Assembly (NCBI GenBank): GCA_049999805.1
Contig: JBNGIO010006382.1
Location: 576,171-638,584 of the forward strand
From: Folioceros fuciformis
Lineage: Eukaryota
Length of the DNA: 62,414 nucleotides
Direction of reading: 5' to 3'
Shown piece after piece: positions 43,820 to 57,228 of this stretch. Position numbers and translations under genes: made by a program. How positions within the stretch are numbered: position 1 is the first letter of the stretch; every line of letters begins with the position of its first letter. The notes beneath the pieces were generated by a model, which was given only the letters and a program-made list of their open reading frames with translations, was not told where the DNA came from and did not search any database.

Positions 43820-46800
43820 TGGATGAGAGCGAGTTGTGTGTAAGAGTCTCTATATGTATGAACTTCCTTCTTTAAGTACTTAGAGTACCAATCTGAGCGA
43901 GTCTTGTGTAATATTCTCAACAAGTGGGAACTTCCTTCTTCAAGTACTTAGAGTACCAATATGAGCGAGTCATGTGTAAGAGTCTCACCATATGGGAACT
44001 TTCCTGCTCAAGTACTTAGAGTAAGAGTCTCACCGTGTAGGAACTTTCTTGCTCAAGTACTTAGAGTAAGAGTCTCATTGTGTGGGAACTTTCTTGCTCA
44101 AGTACTTAGAGTAAAAGTCTCACCATGTGGGAACTTTCTTGCTTAAGTAGTTAGAGTACCAATGAGAGCGAGTAGTAGTGTGTAGGAGTCTCAATGTGNN
44201 NNNNNNNNNNNNNNNNNNNNNNNNNNNNNNNNNNNNNNNNNNNNNNNNNNNNNNNNNNNNNNNNNNNNNNNNNNNNNNNNNNNNNNNNNNNNNNNNNNAC
44301 CAATGAGAGCGAGTAGTAGTGTGTAGGAGTCTCAATGTGTATGAAATTCCTTCTTCAATTACATAGAGCTTCTTCCCTCATGTGGTATCTTCAATTACAT
44401 AGAGCTTCTTCCTTCATGTGGTAACTGCCTTCGTCCAGTACTTAGAGTATTGATGAGAAAGAGTCAGGTGTAAGAGTCTTAGTGTCCTTGTGTTTGAGAA
44501 TCTTAGTGTTCTCCTATGGGAGAGTCTATAAGGTCTGATAGTGGAAACTTCCTTTTGCAAGTACTAAGAGTACTATTGAGAGTGAATCTTGTGTCCTTTT
44601 TCAAGTACTAAGAGTACTATTGAGAGTGAATCTTGTGTCCTTTTTCAAGTACTAAGAGTATTATTGAGAGTGAATCTTGTGTCCCTTTTCAAGTACTAAG
44701 AGTACTATTGAGAGTGAATCTTGTGTAAGAATCTCAACATTCTCATGTTTAAGAATCTCAATGTTCTTTTACATAAGAGTCATTTATGTGTTATACTATG
44801 TGAGAGTCTCAATGTGGAAACTTCCTTCTTCAAGTACTTTGAGTATTAATGAGGATGAATCATGTGCAAGGGTCTTAGCGTTCTCATGTCTGAGAGTCTT
44901 AGCACTCTCCTATGTGAGAGTAGTAGTGTTCTCATGTGTAAGGGTCTNNNNNNNNNNAAGGGTCTTAACATTCTTCTATACAAGAGTAGTCTCAACATTT
45001 TCTCGTGTGTTCTCTGTATAAAAGTAGTCTCAATGTTCTCGTGTGTAAGCATCTCAACATTCTCATGTGAAAGATTCTTAGCGTCTCAACGTTCTCATGT
45101 GAAAAATAAGCATCTCAATGTTCCTATGTGAAAGAGTAAGCATCTCAACATTCTCATGTGAAAGAGAAAGCATCTCAACATTCTCATGTGAAAGACTCTT
45201 CTCCTCTCTAATTGTCTTAGTGTTCTCGTCTTAAAGAGTCTCAGTGTTCTCGTGTCAAAGAGTCTCAGTGTTCTCGTGTCAAAGAGTCTCAGTGTTCTCG
45301 TGTCAAAGAGTCTCAATGTTCTTGTGTCAAAGAGCCTCGGCATTCTCGTGTCAAAGAGTCTCAGCATTCTCGTGTTAAAGAGTCTCAGCAATCTTGTGTC
45401 AAAGAGTCTCAGCATTCTCGTGTTAAAGAGTCTCAGCAATCTTGTGTCAAAGAGTCTCAACGTTCTCATGTTAAAGAGTCTCGGTGGTCTCATGTGAAAG
45501 AACTTCAACTGGGTGTGACAGTTTCAACGTTCTTGTGTATAAGAGTTTCAGTGTTCTCATCTANNNNNNNNNNNNNNNNNNNNNNNNNNNNNNNNNNNNN
45601 NNNNNNNNNNNNNNNNNNNNNNNNNNNNNNNNNNNNNNNNNNNNNNNNNNNNNNNNNNNNNNNTGTATAAGAGTTTCAGTGTTCTCATCTAAAACAGTCT
45701 CAGCATTCTCATGTAAAAGAGTCTTAGCGGTCTTTTGTGAAAGAGTCTTGTCGTTCTAGTTTGTGAGCTTGTGTGAAAGAGTCTCGTCGTTCTTGTTTGT
45801 GAGCTCGTGTGAAAGAGTCTCACCGTTCTTGTTTGTGAGCTCCTATGAAAGAGTCTCGTCGTTCTCGTTTGTGAGCTCCTGTGAAGAGTCTCGTCGTTCT
45901 TGTTTGTGAGTTCGCGTGAAAGAGTCTCGTGTTCTCTCGTTTGTGTGCGTCTCAATATTCTCGTGTGTAATAGTCTTAGTGTGTGTTTGTGAGCGTCTCA
46001 ATGTTCTCGTGTGTAATAGTCTTAGTGTGTAACAATTTCAATGTTCTCCTATGTAAGAGTCTCAGTATTCTTGTGTGTAAGAGTCTTAGCGTTCTTATGG
46101 TAGTGTTAGCGTTCTTTATGGTAGTGTAAGAGTGTTTACTGGCGTTCTTTTGTGTGAGTGTCAACGTTCACTTTGAACATCCGATGGCTACAAATCGAGT
46201 GAACGTTCACTTTGAACATCCGATGGCTACAAATCGAGTCAACGTTCACTTTGAACATCCGATGGCTACAAATCGAGTGTGAGAGTCTCAACAAAGGAGC
46301 TGGTGGAGGACCACTTATCCAATTGATTCATAAAGTGACATATAAGTAGTACTGACCTTGGTTCATAAGGTAATGTAGAAGTAATACTGGACAATAGCAC
46401 ATTATGAGACATATGAGTAGCACAAGACATATGAGTAGCACAAGACATATGAGTAGCACAAGACACATGAGTAGCATTTAAACCTTAGTACATTACGTGA
46501 TGTATGTGTAGCACCAACCTTGGTGCATTATATGATGTATGATTGATATTGACCTTGATCCATTACGTAACATATGAGTAGCATCAACCATTGGAAGAGG
46601 TAATGAGATATAGCGCTTGTCCATTTGGCGCATTATGTGACATAGGAGTAGTACCCACTATTGAAAGAAGTAAGATATAGTACCTTGTCCAATTAGCGAA
46701 ATATGTGATGTATGAGTAGAACCTATCATTAGAAGGAGTAAGATATAAGATTTGTCTATTTGACATATCATGTGACATATGAGTAGCACCAACCATTGGA

Positions 46801-46870
46801 AAGAATAATGTATGGCACTTATCCATTTGGTGCAATATGCAACATATGAGTAGCTCCAACTATTAGAGCA
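43820..46870. repeat. Mixed tandem arrays (approx. 48-69, 43, 24, 36, 39, 18 and 68 bp units)
   Basis: Examples: 24-bp agagtctcagtgttctcgtgtcaa (45234-45480), 36-bp (45730-45930), 39-bp x3 (46163-46278), 18-bp agacatatgagtagcaca (46405-46475). Confidence 0.85.
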
Positions 46871-49800
46871 AGTACAAAATGAGGAGTCTAATAACTTGCT
46901 CTACTCAATTGAGGGAAGTATTGTGCACTCAAAAGCAAACTCATCTATTTGGTCCTTCAAGGATATTTAAATCTTTCAACTTGTTTGGTGAAGAAGGATT
47001 TATACACTTGTGGAGATGGAAGTCCAGAATCTCCTTAAACTTCAACTGACCAAAGTGCACATGAAGACATCATAACCCAAAACCTCCGGGCCATCCAAAA
47101 AGATGCCTACTTTCCGTGCTCCAACTTCCCTTTCATCACCTTTTCATCACCTGAAACGATAGTGCCCAAACCACTAGACCCCGCAAAGTCTAGGTTCACA
47201 AAACATACATGAGCGCTCACATCTGCACTCATGGTCAAAGCATCAGTAGGGGGTTGAATCCGTAATGTCCCAACAATGTTGCTATCAGCAGTGACCACTA
47301 GAAGCGTGCCACCCTACTCCACAAGAACAAATCAGCACCAACATATATGCTACACCTGGTTGTGCCAGACCGACAAGCTAGTATCTTTTGGTGCAGTTAA
47401 AGACCAACAAGCCAGTATCTTTTGGTGCAGTTAAAGACCGACAAGCCAATATCTTTTGGCTTCTGGGAAGCACAAGTGCGATGATCTAGAACATGGGTCA
47501 CATGAAGTGGTAGTCTATTTCTATAACGACATGCATGCTTGTCTGGCCACCATTCTTACGGTGTGTTTGCCATCAGAATTCAGCAGTTAGAGGATGGGCT
47601 ATGACATTGCAATTTTGTTCTCCTTACATAGCTATAGACTTGTCTAACGTTGTGAATCATCGCCCCACTACCCACTCCCCTTAGCAGGCGGCCACTCTGG
47701 AGGTAGCTTTTGCAGCTCTGGCACTAACCCCAAGTCCCCATGAACTCAAATGATGGATTGCGATACCCTTTGAGGTGTGTGCCTTTGGTGGGAACACACA
47801 CATAATTGTTGAAGATAGGTTCTCTGAGAAGGCATGTCTGCGGTCTTGTGCATGGGGTTGAAAATCCCTCACTTGGCATTGTCATAGCTTGGCTAGCAGA
47901 TGTTCAATTGTGTGCCTCCGCTCCCTTTAGTCCGTTCCTCTACCAGCAAGTGCTATCAACCCTATGAGGTATCGGGTGGTTGCTTTCCCTTGTGAATTCT
48001 ACTTTCCCGTTGGGACAATATGCTAGCATTATCGCTCTCGCATTGTACAGTGTGTGAATGCTCTGCAAAAGGCTATCTCACTAGGTGCACCTCCACATTC
48101 TAGGCCTGACTAGTGGCAATTCTTGGTGGACTTGGAAGGAATCTTGAAACAAACATAATATGATGTAAGGAAGGTTTTCGATCTGCCAATTTTGGGGTGG
48201 GCGCGATGGCGCGAAGACTTACCGTGGTGGGTTACTTTGTTGGTGGGTTACTTTGTTGGTGGGTTACTTTGTTGGTGACGCACAAAGGTGATAATGCGTT
48301 CTGGTAGTGGGCTAGTGGTTGCTTGAACTCAATCATTCGATAGCATCTTTGTCTAATCTGAACATACGTGAGTGGTTTGTGGAGGGGCAAAAGTTATGGA
48401 GCGTCCTTATATGTGCCTTGAAAAGCGAGTCATGGAGGGTCCTTATGTATGCTTTGAAAAGGGAGTCACTGAGGGTCCTTACGTGTGCTTTGAACAGGGA
48501 GTCATGGAGGGTCCTTATGTGTGCTGTGAACAGCCATTGTGGGCTTCCTCCTCCAATTAATTAATAATGGCCGGCAAGGGCGTGCATGCCTTGCCTCCTA
48601 CAGAGTATGACACCACCAATTGGAGCTATCAGCCTATTTTCACAAAAGAAGGCTTGTTTTTGATTGCCGTGATGTTTTGTCAACAGCCCATGCCTTGGGT
48701 TGCTTCCATTATGTCTATATGCATGTTGTCTTCGAAACCTCAACTTTTAGTGTCCGTGGCACGCCATCCAAGAGGGGGAGTGGTCTCAGCAAAAGCCCGG
48801 CTACACTGCTACAATGCTTTGTCGTGGTTTTTTTTTTGGAAAATATAATGTGTCACTTGATGAGGCCAAATGAAGGGAGGATCATGTGGCATACCAAAGA
48901 GGATAGAGGGGGATGTATTTTCTTTTATATTTTTTAGGGCTATCTTTCAGGCTGTTTCATACAAATAGAACGCGTAGTAATCCTTGGAAAAAACTCATAC
49001 TTGTAGCATAAATTGAGAAATTACAGAAATAATCATGTGGTCACTCCAAGCAAGGACCATATGGTAATTGTTGAAGTCGAGATCCTATACATGACTATGG
49101 GATCAAACATGGTCTCATAACAAGAGAGAGTAGGTTAGATTGGAAAGGGGTATTAAGTAAGATGGAGAGAGGTAGGCTCGTTATACATACTATGGGATCG
49201 AACATGGTCTCATCACAAGAGAGAGTAGGTTAGATTGGAAAGGAATATTGAGTAAGATAGAGAGAGGTAGGCTTGTTAATATGGCCCGCCTCCCTTATCT
49301 CTCTTTCCCTCTCTATTTCTCTTTCCCTGAAGGTGTTCCTACTACATGCCTCGAGTGTCGAAGAAGAGTTTAGGCCCAGGCAAATCGAGGTTGCCCATGA
49401 CTTTTGGCTTCAGTGGTCATGCTCTCATTGAACTATTTCGCCACTCTGCAAGTTGCGTACTTCGTAATTTAGCGATTTTAAAATCAAATTTAAGCTACCC
49501 TCAATGGCCATGACTACTCTAAGACCTTCCCAACGTGGTCATTGCCCCATAGTGGTCACCAACTAGTGCAAGGGTGTTGCCAAACCAAGGATATGAGCCT
49601 CGATGTGCCCGAGGCTATTACCACGCTGAGGACTTGGGCTTGCACAAGCCTTAGGGTTCCATCTCCCTTGAGCAGAGGAGCGATGAAGGAGCCCGAGCAT
49701 GAGGGTTGAAGCCTTGTGCCTCAAGCCTTGTTCCAAGCCTTAGGAGCCCGAGCATGAGGGTTGAAGCCTCGTGCCTCAAGCCTTGTTCCAAGCCTTAGGC

Positions 49801-50099
49801 CTTTGCTTGTGCAACGGCTGAGGCCTTGCCACTTGCAATGTTAGCTTCCTTAGGTTTGAACTCGACTAAGCTCAAAATCGATATCCAATATGAAGCAAGC
49901 CCTAACTCATGTGCCCTATCCTTCACTTCGAATAAGGTTCAACCATGTCGCTATGGCTTTATTATGAGGGGCAAATCTTTGTGGTAGTCACCACAACAAT
50001 CCTATGTAGAGTGTTAAGAAAGAGTTTTGACAACACTCTCCCCTCTGTCCTCTTTTGTATGCCACAGTATCATGGCGATCAGGTGCAAATGAGCAAAAT

Positions 50100-50295
50100 T
50101 GTCACGTTTGCACTAAGTTGAATCCTAAGAAGGATGGATGTCACGTTTGCACTCAGTTGAATCCTAAGAAGGATGGATGTCACGTTTGCACTAAGTTGAA
50201 TCCTAAGAAGGATGGATGTCACTTTTGCACTTAGTTGAATCCTAAGAAGGATGGATGTCACGTTTGCACTAAGTTCAATCCTAAGAAGGATGGAC
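50100..50295. repeat. 39-bp tandem repeat x5
   Basis: gtcacgtttgcactaagttgaatcctaagaaggatggat. Confidence 0.92.
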
Positions 50296-50329
50296 GTACT
50301 GATGGAAACCTGACTTTTGGATTGCTACC

Positions 50330-51133
50330 ATAGATGGTATTCATCGAAAAGGAAACCGCCAAGATTTGCTTGACATTACCATAAAACACGCGGTCATAGG
50401 GCATTTCTTTCATAGCGAGTGAGAACCCCACTATCTCTGTGTAATTTTGGAGGAATTTGTATCAAGGATTCTAATGTGGGTGCCATTGCACACCATGCGC
50501 TTGTACACCATTACTCGTCACGCAAGCTCATCCATCACTGACATAACGTTCCTGGTCATGCTGGTAGTCCTTCCTATTGTCCTCGGTTTCTACCAATATG
50601 GACCTATTCACGGAATGACTCCTGGTGGTATGTGGTGGTTTCTATCTCAGCATGATAATATTGAAGGAAGGGATCTATGAATATGGTGTTCCTAAGAACA
50701 AATGTGAGAACCTATAATTGCAGCTCCAACAATCTAAATTTATAAGGACTCCCTCTACCAAGTGGTCTAATGGGGTCTGTTCCATTCTCATGTGCTCCCC
50801 ATACGTGCGAATCTCAAGGGAAATGAGAACGTAGATGGGACTTTGCCAAAAGCAAAGCCTCTTGCCGCACATATCTTTCCACAATTCTTCCTTGAAGGAA
50901 GAATCAATGCAACAGACTAGAAGTTCTAGTTTGTTTCATTGACATAAAGATAATTTCAGCCTACCCCAATATGCCTGAACTTGGTACATCCAACGAGTAT
51001 GCACTAGACCATAAACAACATCATCCTCAACTAGGTGTAAATTAAGGTGGATGGAAATATCAAACACATTTGGTGGAAATTCCCTTTCTAGCTCGCAGAC
51101 CACTTGTATGCATTCCTCTTGCATCCTCCCCAC
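50330..51133 (-). mobile_element. Degenerate CACTA/En-Spm transposase remnant (DUF4218-like region and downstream motifs)
   Basis: VVCELEREFPPNVFDISIHLNLHLVEDDVVYGLVHTRWMY matches the LE..FPP.FFD...HL..HL......GPV..RWMY signature. Downstream lie VCNGTHIRILDTNSSKITQ/DSGV (frameshifted TQ.SGV motif) and RVFYGNVKQILAV. Stops and frameshifts are present. Confidence 0.8.
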
Positions 51134-51802
51134 CTTCTTGTTTTAGCAAGTCTAGCGGTAAAGTTTGCTGAACCCTAGCACCACCTTGTGTACTATTGGC
51201 TTAATGCATCTACAAACCAGAATCCATGGGAGAAAATGTTGTAAGAAACGTAATAGTAATAACATGGGGTTTGGTTTGGTACCATCAAATTGCACTCGAA
51301 CCAAGAAGTGTTATGCTTTCCAATCGTCGAAAACATCTACTGTAACAACAAATCATATCATTTGACCAGAAAATATAACAGTGTAAGTTAATAAAGCCAA
51401 ACCACTCGGTTCTCAGTTAGGAGGGTTAGTCTAGGGGGAGAGGAGGGGGGGGGGGGGGGGGAAAAGGGAAAGGGGAATAAATAGACTGAATAGCTATGAA
51501 TACTTATAGTCAAAGCTGCACTCACAACAACAAGAATAGATATGCATGCTTTTAGTCAAAGTTGCACTCGCATTAGCAAGAAGGGCTATGCTTCCTTATG
51601 GTGGACCTTGCACTTATATTAGCATAAAGAGCTATGCATACTTATATAGTGGAAGTTGCACTCATTACAATAAGAATGACTATGCCTATTTATAGGGGAA
51701 GTTGTACTTGCAACATCTTGACATAGCAATATGTGTGTGCACACTTAAAGGTAGCTGTAGTCAAAGGTAGGTGTGGAGGCAATCAACTTGTTGTCAAGGA
51801 AA

Positions 51803-52160
51803 CAATTGCATCACTATACGTATGAAACAACAACTTATTGTAATCTTTTAAATGAGGGGCCTCACTAGGTATGACCTCAATTACTTACCTATGAAATAAC
51901 AACTTATTGTAATCTTTCAAATGGGGGGCCTCATGGGGTGTGACCTCAATTGCTTACCTATGAAACAACAACTGATTATAAGCTTTTAAATGGGGGGCCT
52001 CATTGGGTGCGACTTCAATTGCTTACCTATGAAACAATAACTGATTATTATCTTTTAAATGAGGGGCGTCACTGGGTGTGACCTCAATTGCTTACGTATG
52101 AAATAACAATTGATCGTAATTGTTTAAATGGGGAGCCTCACTAGATATGGCCTCAATTGC
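51803..52160. repeat. ~69-bp tandem repeat x5
   Basis: cctatgaaacaacaac..ttttaaatgggggcctca..gtgacctcaattgctta. Confidence 0.88.
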
Positions 52161-53447
52161 TGTCACCCAACTTTACGATAACGTCCTTTAAAGGTTTCTT
52201 TTGGCCATACTCTTTCTATCGATCTATATAAGACTCCACATGTATGCCATTCAAGTTGGACAAAGATTACATTGAGTGTCTTCAGTTTTATACTAATCTT
52301 TTAAATCTATTATTGAAGGTTATGAATTCGAATGATGACAATGATTTGATACATTCTCAATCTCTTATTACCTGACTATCTTTTGGGACCAACTTGAGTA
52401 GACAAAAGTTATTGTATTATGCTCAAATGCTTTAACATGGAGAATGTTCATGCATGTACCACTTATATACTCCTTAATCCTTGTTAACCCTAGACCATAA
52501 AACCCTACATTAGATATGCATACTCATATGTGTATACTTTGAATGGTGTGGAAATTGGCCACTAGGCTAGTATATTATCCTAGACTAAGTCTTCTAGTCA
52601 CAATGGGAGCATAAGATTTTCCCATTTATTACTTGTGGGACTCCTCTTTATCTTCTCATGCATAAAATATTATTATTTATTTTTAAATTTAAATTTAAAT
52701 TAATCATTAATTATTTGAATTTTTTTATTGAAAATATTTAGAATATAATTGTAGAGTTAAGATATGGTAGAAGCACAAGATATGGAAGAACCATCCATCT
52801 CCAATGGAGAGGGAACCGACAAAAATAATGTAGTAGTATAGACGGGTGCCAATCATGAGAGAATGTACCTCCTGGCCCCAAGAACATTATGAGTTGATAC
52901 GAAGAAACGCCCACGTATAGCCAGTTTGGATGAGACCTTCTTATGGCAGACCTCAGCATGATGATAGTAACCCTTTAATTTAGGGGGTACATAAAGGCGT
53001 GCCCGATTATGGCATATTTTATATTTTTTTGTATGTTTTTAATGATATGAAAAATTTAACATGCGCTTAAGTACTGTATGGTTTGTACTTGAATTTATGG
53101 CTGTTGTGTAGGTGTTGAGGTCTAGAGGCTCCTGGGTCTTGGGATGGACAGACGGAGGTTCCACTTGTTGCGTTGGTTCCACGGGGAGGAGACGCCTGTA
53201 CGAAAACGGAGCGGTTGTCGGCCCCAAAGCTCGCATGGGGTTGGTCCATTTGCACAATCGTATTTATTGAAAAGAGGGCATTATTGGGGGCTGACAACGG
53301 CTGCAGCGGCTGTAGCGGCCGACAATTCGGGGCACCTTTGCTTTCAACGTTGCGATGCCTCGAGCCACGGGCTTGTCCGGCGAGCGAGGAGGAAATTTGG
53401 AAGTTTGAACGAACAAGAAGCTCGCTCAGCAACCCGTGCGGGCATAC

Positions 53448-55745
53448 ATGAAGGGCGTGAATATGAGTTGCATTCAGATCCCGCCTTCTCAGAACAGATG
53501 GTGCTTGCTGTGGGTGGTGCTCATATCGGCTACCCTCTTGGACAGTGGCTTGATGCTGAGCAGATCGGTTTGTTTCCACGCAGGTTGTGGCATTTGGTGC
53601 CGGGATTGGCGGAGGGTGTGTGCTTGACGGAGATTCAGATTGTGGTTTGCAGGGGCAGGTGTCGAATCGACTTCAGCTGTCACAAGGCGGGAGCTGTGCG
53701 GGTGACGAGGCGGGGCCGGGCCGGGGGCCTGAGGACTTGGAGGAGCTGAGGGAAAGGGCTAGGCAGCTGGCGCAGGAGAATGAGGAGTTGAGGNNNNNNN
53801 NNNNNNNNNNNNNNNNNNNNNNNNNNNNNNNNNNNNNNNNNNNNNNNNNNNNNNNNNNNNNNNNNNNNNNNNNNNNNNNNNNNNNNNNNNNNNTGGAGGC
53901 CCAGTTGCTGCGATGGAAGGAAGCGAACGGGGGCCGGGAATTTGATGACGATGTGCAGCAAATTCCGAGGCAGATGGTGGAGGCCAGCTCTGACCTGTAC
54001 CTGCGAAGGATTTGGGGGAAGCCGGAAGAGGTGGGTGCGATGGATGCTGCGCGGTTTGTGCAGCTCAGGATCGTTGGGTGGAGGGATGCGGATGTTTGCT
54101 GACTGCTGACGTTGACGGTGGTTTCAACTTTGGTCGTTTGGGATGGACAGGATCTTGTGGAGGCTGGGCAGCCTACGAACCTGCTGGCAATGCCGGTGGG
54201 GGTGCACCACATGGCCAATGTCGATAGAATGATGCGGAAGGTGAGGTGCCTCTTTTGCTCTGCTCATGATCATGACGCGTGGCGTGGAGATGGTCCTGGG
54301 TGGAATTTGATGGTGAGTGCGGCAGTTCCCTGCAGAGAACTTCACCCTTGTGCTGTTCCACTACGACGAGTCTTCCTACAAGGTGTGGAAGCAGTTCGAG
54401 TGGAGCAGACGTGCTATCCACATCCAGGTCCCCGCGCAAGGGAAATGGTAATTTTGGTGAAGTCAGAATTTGAATTTGAATTTAGTTGCAGAGTCTTGTT
54501 TGAGTGCTGGGAGGCGAGGCTTATCTTGGTCCTGTGCCGGCAGGTGGTATGCAAAGCGGTTTCTGCATCCGAGCTTGCTGGAACCATATGACTACATCTT
54601 CCTCTGGGATGAGGACTTGGATCTGGAGCATCTGAATCCTGTGAGGTATGGGGCTCTCAGACTCGAACTGTAATGCACAGTGCTTCGGCCTACGCCTGCT
54701 GCATCCCGACGCTACCGCTTTGGCAGGTACGTGGAAGTGATGAGGAAGCACGGGTTGGAGATCTCGCAGCCGGCTCTCAGTCTGGGCCAGAATGTGCACC
54801 ATCTCCTTACAGTGCTCATTAACGGCACTGAGATGCACAGGAGAATAAACAAACTTGTCCCTCTTAAGTACAAGAACGTCACAATGTGCAGGGATGGATC
54901 CACAGAGATTCCTTGTGCCGGGTACGCTTCCTCCAACACCAACTGATGCTGCAGGCCAGTCTTACCCACAACGTTCGCGTCTCCTCACCAAACCCCTCAC
55001 CTACTTTTGTCTCTAGGTTTGTGGAGGGCATGGCTCCAGTGTTTTCCAGGAGAGCGTGGAGATGTGTCTGGCACATGATTCAGGTGCACAAAGAATATGC
55101 CAAGGAACATGCACAAGGAATATGGGTTATTTGCTTTGATTCCTTGGAGCGGATAGAAGTCTTCTGCGAGAGTTACTGTGTGTGCGGGCATTGTAAAGTC
55201 GGAAAGTTGGTCTGGCTCTTGCTGTTTTTCTGTCCTTTACATTTTCTTCTTGTAGAACGACTTAGTGCTGGGATGGGGCCTCGACTTCAAGTTTGGGGCA
55301 TGCGCGAATGGGCCACCCCACGAAAACATGGGCATCATAGACAGCGACTTCGTCAAGCATTTATCGATCTCCTCCATGGGAGAAGAGGACCCACAAGGGG
55401 TGCGTCTCTCTTCACTTCTGTTTGCCTTGCGGTGTCCTCGTCCTCGGCCTTCACTCAATTTTTTGTTGTGACCTGCAGCTCGAAAGGCTAACGTCTACAA
55501 CGGAGTCCAAGAACGGAAAACGGAAAAACTCTCTCCGATCACGGGTAAATCTTCTACCGTCTTCAAAGTTGAAATCTACTGGAGCACACGTACCTCAGCT
55601 TCCGCCAACCAGCAACAGTCCTCGTCCTGATCGGATACTGGGTAATGCAAAACAGGTGAGGCGAAGAAGTGGAGTAGAGTACAAGGAGTACTTGAGAAGA
55701 TGGCAGGCGGCAGAAAAAGCCGCTGCTGAGGCACCCGAATTTTGA
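53448..55745 (+). CDS. DUF707 family protein, copy 3 (spans a 100-N gap in the coiled-coil stem)
   Basis: TM WCLLWVVLISATLL, SSDLYLRRIWGKPEE, NLLAMPVG, FTLVLFHYDE, WYAKRFLHPSLLEPYDYIFLWDED, FVEGMAPVFSRRAWRCVWHMIQ, NDLVLGWGLDF, final exon VRRRSGVEYKEYLRRWQ...PEF*. The start is approximate. Confidence 0.86.
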
Positions 55746-55900
55746 AACCAGTTGGAAACTAGTCTGCAGCTGCTGGCAAGGAGAGTTGTTCTGCAACAAG
55801 ACACGCTTCATGTACTATGTACATAATGTACATGTTACGACAACCGATCCATGTTTGTCTGGCGTTTGTGTCCACATCGTGCTGCACCGACGCATCGGCC

Positions 55901-57036
55901 TCAGATTGCTCCTATGGCAGCGTTGTAATCGGCTGCGGACTGCATAGACGCGGCCACTCCGTGAGGTTCGATGCGTCCTTTGTTAGCCTTCGCCTCAGCG
56001 CTCGCAACTGCCGTTGCATCTTCCTTCGTCACCACCTTGTCTTTAGGCATTCTGTCCGTGGCGTCCTGGAAGGGAAATGATTGGCACCGTTAGGCAGCGC
56101 TTCATGATGCGTGAAACTTTACCAGACGTGAACACTAGCTCTCATGAGACGCACGAGCAGAATGTCGCGCAGCACAGCTTTTCCAACATTGGCCTGAGCG
56201 AGTGCGGCAGGGCCGGTTGCCGACAGATGTCCTCCAGCGGCATGCGCCTCGGCGCTCTCAATAGCTCTGGCATCAGCTTCCGTCACTTCCTTGTCGTCCC
56301 TCATAATCGCTGCTGTCTCCAACGCCTGCCAAGGTAAAACGATACCATTGGAAAATTGTAGATCTTCTCCTGGGCTAGGCTGTAACTGTCATACAACCAG
56401 AACACGATTTCCGCAAGAAAGTGGAACAGCTTTACCTGTCCTATTGTCTCAGGCTGCGGCCGTCCATCATCTTCCTGCTCTGTCATATCCATGGGGGCTG
56501 TCGTAGTGTAAACATCAGTGGTGATCGTCTCCGTGTACGTGAACTCCACCTCAACGTTGTGGCCGGGTTGAGGACCTGGCGGGTTGGCAGGCTCGACTTC
56601 CACCACACCTGAAACCACAGGCGAACCTTGGACATACTCGGTTCCCACGATGTGGCCTTCGGGCGTCGCCTCCGCCACTACTTGCATTCCAGGCGCCTCC
56701 ACCACGGAAGGCGCGTCAGGGCTCAACACACCTCGTTCAATATTCCGATCAGCTGCCGACTGCATCATCGCTGCCGCCCCCCCTTTCTGCGTCACTCCAA
56801 AAACCTGCGAACCGTGGTTGCAAAAACCTCTCCATCAACTCACATTTCAGCTTCCAGAATTTCAGGCTTACAGATTGACCACGATCAAGTGCGGACGCGG
56901 ATCCTACTCTTCCCTCAGCACTTTGCATAGCGGCAGCATCTTCACGAACGATCGGCTTGTCGGCAAGATCGGGCCCGACTTGCTCTCCGAATATGTCTCC
57001 ATACGTCTCAGGTCGGCTTTCTTGCCCGGACGCCAT
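55901..57036 (-). CDS. Seed maturation protein (SMP-type LEA), three SMP repeats, 4 exons
   Basis: TYGDIFG...DKPIVREDAAAMQSAE..VFGVTQKGGAAAMMQSAADRN; TIGQ/ALETAA...KEVTEADARAIESAE; LRDILL/DATDRMPKDKVVTKEDATAVASAE..GVAASMQSAADYN. Confidence 0.9.
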
Positions 57037-57228
57037 CGCAGTCACGCGTGCAGCAAGGTGAGGAGAAGGAAACTGAGGCTTCCTTCCGGCAGCACAAAAG
57101 GCTGTAGGCCGTAGACACAGCGCAAGGATAACGATGGAGTCTGTGCGGTTTGGTGTGACGAGCGTGCGGGACAAGTGGAGTCAGGAGTGGCGGTGCTGAA
57201 CTGGCGAGTCCTGGTTCTCGCGTTTCCT

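Noticed and set aside
37216-46300. CRISPR array or repeat-protein ORFs in the tandem arrays
   Set aside because: Units are head-to-tail without unique spacers, there are no cas genes, and the context is eukaryotic. The periodic ORFs are translation artefacts of the repeats.
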